In this document: in pieces, positions 7,480 through 14,841 of the stretch
Layout: each line of letters opens with the position of its first letter
Position numbering within the stretch: the first letter of the stretch is position 1
Virus record (IMG/VR): IMGVR_UViG_3300020716_000002
Strand: one strand, 5' to 3'
Length of the DNA stretch: 20,000 bases
Source: an uncultured virus (IMG/VR IMGVR_UViG_3300020716_000002)
Lineage: Duplodnaviria; Heunggongvirae; Uroviricota; Caudoviricetes
Translations under genes and position numbers: made by a program
Notes under the pieces: model-generated
Databases searched by the model: none
The model's input: only the letters and a program-made list of their open reading frames with translations
Told to the model about the DNA's origin: nothing

Positions 7480-10044
7480 TTATGCCATCGCTTCCTGAGC
7501 AACTACGTTAACCTGTACTGTAGCACCAGCAGAAGAAGTTACCGCAACAGTCAAAATGTCAGCTACGTTACCTCTTACGTTTGTTAAAACAGGGAAGAAA
7601 TTACTTAAATCAAGCTGTTGCAAACCATTAGGAGGAGTAGAGAATGCATACACAACCTCGCCACCAGAGCATTGAATTGCACTTAAATCTTGCTCAGCAA
7701 ATGAGTTATATGAACCCAATGTATTCAAAGCAACAAAATTTGCATTTTGCAATGACAACTGATTGGTAGGTGTACTAGAAATCAACTCAACCAAACAAGT
7801 TGCAGAAGAATTCAACAGAAGTGTTGCAGGTAATAACTGACCGCGGTCAATCAAACCAATCTGATATGTATTACCAGATGCGGGTGGATTCATCAGCGGC
7901 TGTCCAGTCACTACATCGCCAAATGTAATTGCGCTTGTTGTGTTAGATGTAATACGTCCTGTGTATGGAGATACTGCTGATGCGCCAGACACATAAGCAC
8001 CAGGAGTAGTAGTACCAATTGTGATTGATACAGTTGTTGTTGGATTAGTTGCTGGAATCGTAACAGACCAAATACCGTTATAAGTAGTTGGGCTTGATCC
8101 AGAAATAATAATCACATCACCCTGTTTTAACCCGTGGGCAGAAGCAAAAGTAATTACAACAGAGTACTGTGTCAAACCAGCAATTGTTGAGCTTGTGGCT
8201 GCGGCAATAGCGCTGATGGCGGGTAAGCTAGCCTGATAGTAAACAAACTTACCAACCCATTGATTCACGCCCCAGTATGTTGCTGTAGGTGTAGATGTTA
8301 ATGTTGCGCCATTTACCAACTGAATTGGTAGGATCATGGTAGTTGTTGTTGGTACTTGCTGGATTAACCAAGTTTGAGCTGCATATGTTGTTGTAGCAGT
8401 AAGAGTACCTGTACCTGTAGTCTGTGTAGAGCTAACTTGATATGTACCAAGACCGCCTGGAGCATAAGATGTATATGTGCCTGAAGCTTGAGCTGTAAAC
8501 GCCTTGTTAATAGTAATCGTAGCGCCGTTAACCGCAGTGATAAATGTAGTAGCAGGAACTCCTGTACCAGCAAATAATTGACCTACGGCAAACGATGTAC
8601 CTGCTGCCAATACAACTACGCTTGAACCTACTGCGCCGCCACTTGCAAAAGCTTGTGAACCAACTGCAGAACTAGTAGCAGTCAATTGAGCAACAATCGT
8701 TGGTGATCCTGTAACACCAGTTCCTGATAATACTTGTCCAGGTTGCAAAGCGCCTGTAGCAACTGCTGTAGTTACAGTTAAAGTTGTACCAGAAAATGCG
8801 TAGTTACCTGTAGCAATTGTTGCAGTTTCAGTAAATGAACTAAGAGTTACATATTGAGCTGGGCTGTTAGCGTTAGCTGGGTTAGTCACTGCATAACCGT
8901 GAGCAGATGCAAATGTTAATAAAGCTTGTCCGCTATTGGGCTGACCAACCACAGAAGATATGGCAGGAGTTGCCGCACTGATTGTTAATGTCTGTGGTGA
9001 TCCACCAGTACAAGCCGCATTGGTCTGATCAAAAATATCGGAGCCAATTGCTCTCATCCTAAATGACATTGCAGGATAACGAATAGCAGAAGATGGAACT
9101 GAACGATTTTGAGTTTTAGCATCATTACCGTATGAATAGGTAAATCCACGTTGTTTATCAATTGAACCTTCAATAAGCACAGAAACACCGTAGTGAGTCA
9201 TTAATGAAGATGTTGCGCTACCTGTATCTCTTTGCTCATAGCGTACTGGTAAGTTACCTGTACGGCTCCAAGGAGTAGTCTGTGAGTTACCTGTATAAGC
9301 GCCATTACCTGCACCGACTTGATGGAGAATGTAAGGTTCACCATTAAGAACCACGCCCCAACGCAAAGCACCAGCTCCGTACCATGCGTATTCCATCCAT
9401 ATCATTTGAACCTTAGTCCAGTCCAATGCATCACGGATTTGTTTATTGCCGTTCCAAACAGACGCATCAAACACTGTATCTACGGGTAAACCCCCAGAGT
9501 CAGAACGAATTACTACATTCATTGCATATGGATTAGCGGTTGATGTTGCGCCATATTGCATAAAGAATATGCCATTGGAGTCATCAAAGATACCAACACG
9601 TTGGTACTGTCCAGATACAGAAGCACCGAAGTTAACGTTAGATGCCATGTAAAAAGTCTTACCTGGCTGATATCTGTGATATGGGCGGCTTTGACGAATC
9701 GTAATATCGCCTGGTGTATTACCGCCACCAATATTCATTGACACACCACCAAGACCAGGATTCTGAACGATATAAGCTTGTCCAGATACGTTTTGAATCA
9801 CGTTTTCCCAGCGAAGAGGCTGAACGCCATACTCAAAGTCAGCGTCGTAAATATTTTGCGATTGAGATATTTTTAGCTTACCAACAACGTCACGCAGGCG
9901 TTGGGGAGCAATAAACTGTGCTGAACCATCAATACCTTCCCAATCCATTGTAGGTGTTTGTACACCTTGATTAGCAAAACCAATAGCGTTGGTATTGACG
10001 TTCCCTGATTTAGAAAAGAAATAATTACGTAATGACAGACCCAT
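7480..10044 (-). CDS. Large modular beta-rich virion protein, possible spike/fibre (854 aa)
   Basis: Globular N-terminal domain (DADFEYG.QP.RWE, RYQPGK, WYGAG..RWG) and a T/A/S/G-rich middle with two TFASAHG and two GQ...GTGV motifs; AGGGG SD-like element upstream. Confidence 0.75.
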   Translation of the reverse strand: MGLSLRNYFFSKSGNVNTNAIGFANQGVQTPTMDWEGIDGSAQFIAPQRLRDVVGKLKISQSQNIYDADFEYGVQPLRWENVIQNVSGQAYIVQNPGLGGVSMNIGGGNTPGDITIRQSRPYHRYQPGKTFYMASNVNFGASVSGQYQRVGIFDDSNGIFFMQYGATSTANPYAMNVVIRSDSGGLPVDTVFDASVWNGNKQIRDALDWTKVQMIWMEYAWYGAGALRWGVVLNGEPYILHQVGAGNGAYTGNSQTTPWSRTGNLPVRYEQRDTGSATSSLMTHYGVSVLIEGSIDKQRGFTYSYGNDAKTQNRSVPSSAIRYPAMSFRMRAIGSDIFDQTNAACTGGSPQTLTISAATPAISSVVGQPNSGQALLTFASAHGYAVTNPANANSPAQYVTLSSFTETATIATGNYAFSGTTLTVTTAVATGALQPGQVLSGTGVTGSPTIVAQLTATSSAVGSQAFASGGAVGSSVVVLAAGTSFAVGQLFAGTGVPATTFITAVNGATITINKAFTAQASGTYTSYAPGGLGTYQVSSTQTTGTGTLTATTTYAAQTWLIQQVPTTTTMILPIQLVNGATLTSTPTATYWGVNQWVGKFVYYQASLPAISAIAAATSSTIAGLTQYSVVITFASAHGLKQGDVIIISGSSPTTYNGIWSVTIPATNPTTTVSITIGTTTPGAYVSGASAVSPYTGRITSNTTSAITFGDVVTGQPLMNPPASGNTYQIGLIDRGQLLPATLLLNSSATCLVELISSTPTNQLSLQNANFVALNTLGSYNSFAEQDLSAIQCSGGEVVYAFSTPPNGLQQLDLSNFFPVLTNVRGNVADILTVAVTSSAGATVQVNVVAQEAMA

Positions 10045-10059
10045 ATAAACCCCTATTAA

Positions 10060-10086
10060 ATCAAAGAAAGGGGGCTAATGCCCCCT
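10060..10086 (-). terminator. Intrinsic terminator after the 239-aa gene
   Basis: Minus strand AGGGGGC-ATTA-GCCCCCT (10069-10086) followed by TTCTTTGAT. Confidence 0.8.
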
Positions 10087-10091
10087 AGCTA

Positions 10092-10811
10092 TTAGTCGAA
10101 GTTACCGTATGGGTAAGCAGTACCTGTACCAATGTTGGTATCGGCTTGACGATAACGTACAGTAATACCAAACTGACCAGCAGTAGGAGCAGTCAAACCA
10201 GAAGCGGCTGCAATACCAATGGTAAATACCAATTGTGAGAAGAAACTTGGTTGTGTACCAGGTTGTGGGTTTTGAATATCAGAAGTTGTAGATAACAAGT
10301 TATTCAACTGAGTCGCTGAATAAGCTACTGTTTGACGTCCAGCTGTACCTGTAGTTGTTGTACCAATCGCAACTGAAGCATATGTGGGTGTACCGCCGTT
10401 AGCTGTTGTGCTATTGGAAATGTACATGTTAACGCCAGTAGGAGTTGCTGTAATACCAGACATTACAGTTGGCATGTCGATAATAAAGTCTTCAATCTGA
10501 CTCTGAATAGGTAAGTACATAATTACGCCACGATAGACGTTTGTACCTGAATCAGCAGGAGGAGTTGCGGTTGTTGGGCCTGTATTACTAAATACAGAGC
10601 TAGGTGTATACAACTGAGCATTCTGATTAGGAACAGTGTTAGACATAACATACTGTCCAGAACCACCAGCATAACCTGCTGTTTGGTTACCTGTTGTTAC
10701 TGCAAAATCAATATAACAAGTTTGGGTTAAAACTGCGTAACCAACGTCACGAAGAGGTCCAAAACGATTATCGCCAGAAAGAATTGGCCCTTCAAATGTA
10801 CTGCGTCCCAT
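10092..10811 (-). CDS. Putative virion structural / capsid-associated protein (239 aa)
   Basis: Directly downstream of the major capsid gene; 'MGRSTFEGP' start; T/G/S-rich; AAGGA SD at 10820-10824. Confidence 0.7.
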   Translation of the reverse strand: MGRSTFEGPILSGDNRFGPLRDVGYAVLTQTCYIDFAVTTGNQTAGYAGGSGQYVMSNTVPNQNAQLYTPSSVFSNTGPTTATPPADSGTNVYRGVIMYLPIQSQIEDFIIDMPTVMSGITATPTGVNMYISNSTTANGGTPTYASVAIGTTTTGTAGRQTVAYSATQLNNLLSTTSDIQNPQPGTQPSFFSQLVFTIGIAAASGLTAPTAGQFGITVRYRQADTNIGTGTAYPYGNFD

Positions 10812-10819
10812 GATATGAG

Positions 10820-10895
10820 TCCTTATGCAAAAGTTACCTTGTTAATCGTTGCATCGTCTGCTGGGCCAGTGGCAACAAGGTTGAATTCCCAGATA
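10820..10895 (-). ncRNA. Candidate structured cis-RNA (three interleaved stems), possibly Mu-gpT-DE motif
   Basis: Minus strand pairings: CTGGG(10892-10888)/CCCAG(10865-10861); ACCTTGTTG(10881-10873)/TAACAAGGT(10844-10836); ATGCAA(10854-10849)/TTGCAT(10830-10825). Located downstream of a gpT-like capsid gene. Confidence 0.65.
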
Positions 10896-10900
10896 ACCGA

Positions 10901-10928
10901 AATATACACTATTTTTTGACGTTGTCAA
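10901..10928 (-). promoter_or_regulatory. Sigma70-type promoter for the 239-aa gene
   Basis: Minus strand TTGACA (10928-10923), 16-nt spacer, TATATT (10906-10901); overlaps the palindrome TTGAC-GTT-GTCAA (10916-10928). Confidence 0.65.
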
Positions 10929-10953
10929 CAAAAATGGCCCCGAAGGGCCATTT
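10927..10953 (-). terminator. Intrinsic terminator after the major capsid gene
   Basis: Minus strand AAATGGCCC-TTCG-GGGCCATTT (cUUCGg tetraloop, 9-bp stem) then TTGTT, starting 3 nt after the stop codon. Confidence 0.9.
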
Positions 10954-10956
10954 ATT

Positions 10957-11859
10957 TTAGTAAGAACCGTAAACACCGAGTGGATCAGACCATCCGAATG
11001 AATAACGCTCTCTAGACTTGTAACGTACGTTACCTGTATCAAAGTCACCGTCCATTGAATTCTGTAGTGGAATACGGACAAAGTGCTTGAGACCGTTAGG
11101 TACATCAGTTGTCAAGAACCAAGCATTTGGCGCTGTCAAGAAGTGATTGATTGTGTAGCCTTCTGGTACAGAACCGTTGTTCTCGATAGCGTTAATGTCG
11201 TTGTTATTTGTACCAACGCGCAGTTTTGTCTCTAACAAACGAGTAGCGACGAACTGTAATGCTGGTGGAATAATCAACTTCTTGGGCTTAGCTGCGATCA
11301 AAAGACCACGCTCATCTGTCCAAGCTGCAATCTGGATAACTGCATTTTCAATTGCAGTTTCGTTCAAGTCAGCAGGAGTAGTAGGAGTGTTGCCGTTTGT
11401 ACCACCGTTGATCAGTGGGTGAGCTGTGTTAAATAAAGAAACACCATCACCACCAACGTAAGAAGCGTTGAAACCGTTGTTGAGAACGGAAGCTGCTTTT
11501 ACTTGCTTGGTGTAAGCCATAGCACGAGCTAGACCCTTGGTATAACGTGCTGACAAAGAGTCATACAAGTTATCTTCAATAGCTTCTTCTGTTAAAGAGA
11601 AGCCAAGAGCGATAGTTTCGTGGTTATAGCGAGCTGTCCATGCTTCTTGCGCATTGTCATAAGCGATGGCATTGCCCTCACCCTTGACTGGTGCTGCAGA
11701 GAATCCTGACAGTTTGGTTTCTTCTTCAAATGAACGCTCTGAGGTCTCTGTTTCGTAGATCTCTTTGTGCTCTTCGCCGTAACGTGCATACTCTAAACCG
11801 AACAATGCGTTCAAGCCTGGGAGCAGCTCTTTCAATAGTTGTGCGCGTGAAATAGCCAT
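10957..11859 (-). CDS. Major capsid protein (Mu gpT-like family, HK97 fold inferred; 300 aa)
   Basis: MAISRAQLLKELLPGLNALFGLEY...SERSFEEE..LSGF..APVK.EG...EEAIEDNLY...DGDFDTGNVRYK.RERYSFGWSDP; strong AAGGAG SD, downstream terminator, position after the scaffold. Confidence 0.9.
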   Translation of the reverse strand: MAISRAQLLKELLPGLNALFGLEYARYGEEHKEIYETETSERSFEEETKLSGFSAAPVKGEGNAIAYDNAQEAWTARYNHETIALGFSLTEEAIEDNLYDSLSARYTKGLARAMAYTKQVKAASVLNNGFNASYVGGDGVSLFNTAHPLINGGTNGNTPTTPADLNETAIENAVIQIAAWTDERGLLIAAKPKKLIIPPALQFVATRLLETKLRVGTNNNDINAIENNGSVPEGYTINHFLTAPNAWFLTTDVPNGLKHFVRIPLQNSMDGDFDTGNVRYKSRERYSFGWSDPLGVYGSY

Positions 11860-11871
11860 TTAGATTACTCC

Positions 11872-12771
11872 TTAGATTGAGGCATTGGGTGTATTGTTGT
11901 AATACTCATGTAAACCGAAGTTGATTTTCACCAATACTTCAGGATAGCAAGTAAACACAACAGTAGCGTTTGCTGGAATAGAGCTAACTGCTCCGCCTGG
12001 GGCTGCATTTAATGTTACGCTGGTACCACTTGTATAAGCAGAAGCAACATAAGAACCAGAGAAAGCAACAAATCCATTAGAGTCAAGGTAGCCAACTTCA
12101 GTACCAATTGGAATACTAGTATATCCAGAAGCAAAAGAAGTAATAGCAGAAGCTAAAGTTAGCGTTGTGCTAGTACATGCTGTACCACCGTTAGTACCGG
12201 AAGTAGCAACAGCTGTCTCACGAGCCAAGTCAATAACACGCAAAGGCATTGCTGTGTTAGAAGCGCTTGGTAATGATGCAGATGTCAATGCAGCGTTCTT
12301 AGAGTTACCTGTAGCGGTAGAACCAGCCAAGTTAGAAACTGACAAGTTTTGACCGATAAACGCAGTAGAAGCAGATGCGATTGTTGTTCCGCCTTGTGAG
12401 CTTACAACAGCTGTTCTGAACACTGTATCAGGATCGTCTGTAACAACAGCAAACGCGTCACCAGCAAGAGTACCACCGGGCCAGTATTGGCTAAATAGTT
12501 TTTGCTTAGTTGTTGGGTTTGTGTAAGAACAGCCAAGGAAGATACCAACCATACCATAACCAGCGCCACCGGTAGTGCTTCCAGCACCGGTAGTAACAGT
12601 CATACGTGTGACGGTACCAGTCAAAGAGATATTAACAAAGTCACCATAATAGATGTTTGTTGCATATCCATACTGGATAGGAATTTGACGAGTAGAACCC
12701 GCAAACACCTGTCCACCAATCAGATTGATTGGCTTCAGCCCGTAAGGGGCAGATACTTGAGGAAAAGCCAT
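11872..12771 (-). CDS. Putative capsid cement/decoration protein with an inserted beta-domain (299 aa)
   Basis: 'APYGLKPINLIGGQVFAGSTR', 'GIFLGCSYT.P' and 'V.DDPD..F' motifs; immediately upstream of the major capsid gene; GGAG SD. Confidence 0.65.
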   Translation of the reverse strand: MAFPQVSAPYGLKPINLIGGQVFAGSTRQIPIQYGYATNIYYGDFVNISLTGTVTRMTVTTGAGSTTGGAGYGMVGIFLGCSYTNPTTKQKLFSQYWPGGTLAGDAFAVVTDDPDTVFRTAVVSSQGGTTIASASTAFIGQNLSVSNLAGSTATGNSKNAALTSASLPSASNTAMPLRVIDLARETAVATSGTNGGTACTSTTLTLASAITSFASGYTSIPIGTEVGYLDSNGFVAFSGSYVASAYTSGTSVTLNAAPGGAVSSIPANATVVFTCYPEVLVKINFGLHEYYNNTPNASI

Positions 12772-12784
12772 TTAAATCTCCAAA

Positions 12785-13249
12785 TTAAAAAGAACCTTTT
12801 CCAAAGGTCGTCGCAGACTTTCTCTCGTTAAAGATTGGCATACGAGGATCACTTTGGCGCATTAAATTGTTATCTACTGCTTGAGACTGGGCATGTGTTT
12901 GCTTCGCATAAAATTCATTAGCTTGACGAACAAATTCTTCAGGAGTCTTACAAAGTAACAATCCGTCAATCTCAATACCGTCTTTAAAACGACTATCAGG
13001 ATCAACTAGCAGTTTAAATTGTGGTTGCTCCGCGATGCCTACAGGTTCCCAACCTTCACGGAATCTACTAGAGATATTCTTGGGATCTGATTTACCGAGA
13101 GAAGCTACCCTAATCCATCTGTACGCGTAACCAGGCTGCTTATCGGGCTCTGGAAGTAATTCTGGTTGCTGCCACTGCTTAGGGCGCTCCTGAAGATTCC
13201 TAGATTCCATTTCACGCGTTAATCTATTTTTTTCTACTGTTTGAGTCAT
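12785..13249 (-). CDS. Conserved head-module hypothetical protein (about 154 aa; start revised from 13291)
   Basis: ATG at 13249 is 4 nt after the scaffold stop with a GGGG SD-like element; 'PGY.YRWIR...D..N.S.R.REGWEPV...GLLLCK.P.E' motif. Confidence 0.75.
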   Translation of the reverse strand: MTQTVEKNRLTREMESRNLQERPKQWQQPELLPEPDKQPGYAYRWIRVASLGKSDPKNISSRFREGWEPVGIAEQPQFKLLVDPDSRFKDGIEIDGLLLCKTPEEFVRQANEFYAKQTHAQSQAVDNNLMRQSDPRMPIFNERKSATTFGKGSF

Positions 13250-13253
13250 TTTG

Positions 13254-14222
13254 TTACCCCAATTTAACTTGTTCGCGAGCATATTGCTCATTGGTTAGTC
13301 CGAGTTTTTTAGCTAAGGCTTGTTGTGTTTTTGTAAGCGTGACTTGCTTTGGAGCAGTACTTCGCTTGGCAGACGCAACCACTGGACTGGATTTTGTTCG
13401 AGTAGGTTTAGTTTCCTCCTCGATTTGGACATTGAGGCCGAATTCTTCTGGGAACCGACGTCTTACTTCCTTGTCAATACTGTTGAAATATTCATCAGTA
13501 CCAATATAAGCCCCGCCATATTTTTCGGCTAGTTCTTCATGAACGCCTCTGGCGTAACTACTCATACTTTTTTTCTTAGGATCTGTAAACCAGGGGTTTC
13601 TGGACACCCAAGCATCGACCTTTGGATCTCTCTGCTGTTGTGCAACAGGAGGTGTATAGGTAGTTTGTACAGGATTTTCATCAGTTTGTACAGTAGGTTT
13701 AAAGTTTTTTACCTTATCTAGCTTCAATTGAGCCCTAATTAGCTCTTGTTGAGCCTCTAAAAGCTTGTCACTGTCGCCAGAATCATACGCTTCTTTGTAG
13801 TTGCGTTTGGCAAGATCAACTTCTGATTCAGCTGAAGTTTTATAGGTGGAAATAAGTTCTTTCTCACCTTCTTGCATGACATTTTTCAAGCGCTTATTCT
13901 CATCTAGCACTCGTTGAGCCATCGCTAAAGCTTCTTGTTGCTCACGATACGCGGCTTCTTTAGCTCTACGCTCGTCATGCCAAGCCTTCTTGTACTGCTT
14001 GAACTTTTGCTTTACGTTTTGAGAATAGTCTTCGGCTTCATCTGCCGTCTCTAATTCTTCTTTAATCTTCTCAGGAAGAGGTTCGACATGTTGGTCTTCA
14101 ACGGGAGTGTCGTCAACAATCTTGACTTCGACTGGCTCATCGTCTTCAAACTTAATATCTATTTCTTCTTCTGCGGGTTTATTTTTAGACTCTATTTCGT
14201 CTGGAAATTGAAATGATTGCAT
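13254..14222 (-). CDS. Putative capsid scaffolding protein (322 aa)
   Basis: Acidic N-terminus, long coiled coil, 'W..RNPWF' and C-terminal 'LT..Q..LAKKLGLT.EQYA' helix; AAGGAGG SD; lies between portal and capsid. Confidence 0.75.
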   Translation of the reverse strand: MQSFQFPDEIESKNKPAEEEIDIKFEDDEPVEVKIVDDTPVEDQHVEPLPEKIKEELETADEAEDYSQNVKQKFKQYKKAWHDERRAKEAAYREQQEALAMAQRVLDENKRLKNVMQEGEKELISTYKTSAESEVDLAKRNYKEAYDSGDSDKLLEAQQELIRAQLKLDKVKNFKPTVQTDENPVQTTYTPPVAQQQRDPKVDAWVSRNPWFTDPKKKSMSSYARGVHEELAEKYGGAYIGTDEYFNSIDKEVRRRFPEEFGLNVQIEEETKPTRTKSSPVVASAKRSTAPKQVTLTKTQQALAKKLGLTNEQYAREQVKLG

Positions 14223-14234
14223 GTTCGTTCCTCC

Positions 14235-14645
14235 TTAAGGACGATAAATTCCGCGTGGGTCTTCAACTACACCCTCGACAGAATCTTCATTGATCATACG
14301 GAATTCTCTTCCGTGGATTACCATTCTTGAGCCAGCGTTTGGTCTCACAAGAATAAAGTCTCCAACTGCACACCAAGGTCCTGATGGATATCTGACCTTA
14401 TCTGTATAGCAGTCTGGTCCCATAGCCACTACGAATAAAACTGTGGTTAGCAATTCTTCATTCTTAATGGTTTCATCGGATTTGACAATACCGCTTGAGT
14501 ACTCTTTCTCCTTTTCTGGAATCGCGCACAGTATTTTCCAGCCTGCGGGCTTGGGCAATTGTGTTGCCTTTTGCTCTTGGCTTTTATCCAATATATTGGA
14601 CAAATCCACTGCTTGCGTTAAATCAACCACGTTTGTATCAGTCAT
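14235..14645 (-). CDS. groES: Co-chaperonin GroES (Cpn10)-like protein (136 aa)
   Basis: 'P.GWKIL...SSGIV...VVAMGPDCY...VGDFIL....G.....G.EFR.INEDSV.GVV' matches the Cpn10 pattern, including the mobile-loop GIV. Confidence 0.85.
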   Translation of the reverse strand: MTDTNVVDLTQAVDLSNILDKSQEQKATQLPKPAGWKILCAIPEKEKEYSSGIVKSDETIKNEELLTTVLFVVAMGPDCYTDKVRYPSGPWCAVGDFILVRPNAGSRMVIHGREFRMINEDSVEGVVEDPRGIYRP

Positions 14646-14841
14646 CTGATTCCTCTATTTGTTTTGTCAGGTCTGTGATGTATCTGCGCACGGTGAGCAG
14701 ACCTGTAATTTCCCCACACATTGCACAGTATTCGGCATAGTCCTTGGCTGATCTAGAGCCAAGGGCTTCTTCAAGTTGTCTAACCTTTTCATCGACTTTT
14801 TGAGCGACTAATTCGGTCAGTTTTGAGGTTTCATAACTCAT
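14638..14841 (-). CDS. Small conserved helical protein between portal and GroES (67 aa)
   Basis: Overlaps both neighbours; 'AKDYAEY...CG.I.GL' motif. Confidence 0.75.
   Translation of the reverse strand: MSYETSKLTELVAQKVDEKVRQLEEALGSRSAKDYAEYCAMCGEITGLLTVRRYITDLTKQIEESDD

Noticed and set aside
10820..10895. Assignment of the leader to a known riboswitch class (ZTP, guanidine-III, SAM-II)
   Set aside because: The pseudoknot topology is superficially similar, but I cannot see the diagnostic conserved nucleotides and the downstream gene is not metabolic.
10842..11105. 87-aa alternative-frame ORF overlapping the capsid 3' end as a possible frameshift extension
   Set aside because: No clear slippery site, and it would run through the terminator, promoter and structured leader; the sequence does not look protein-like.
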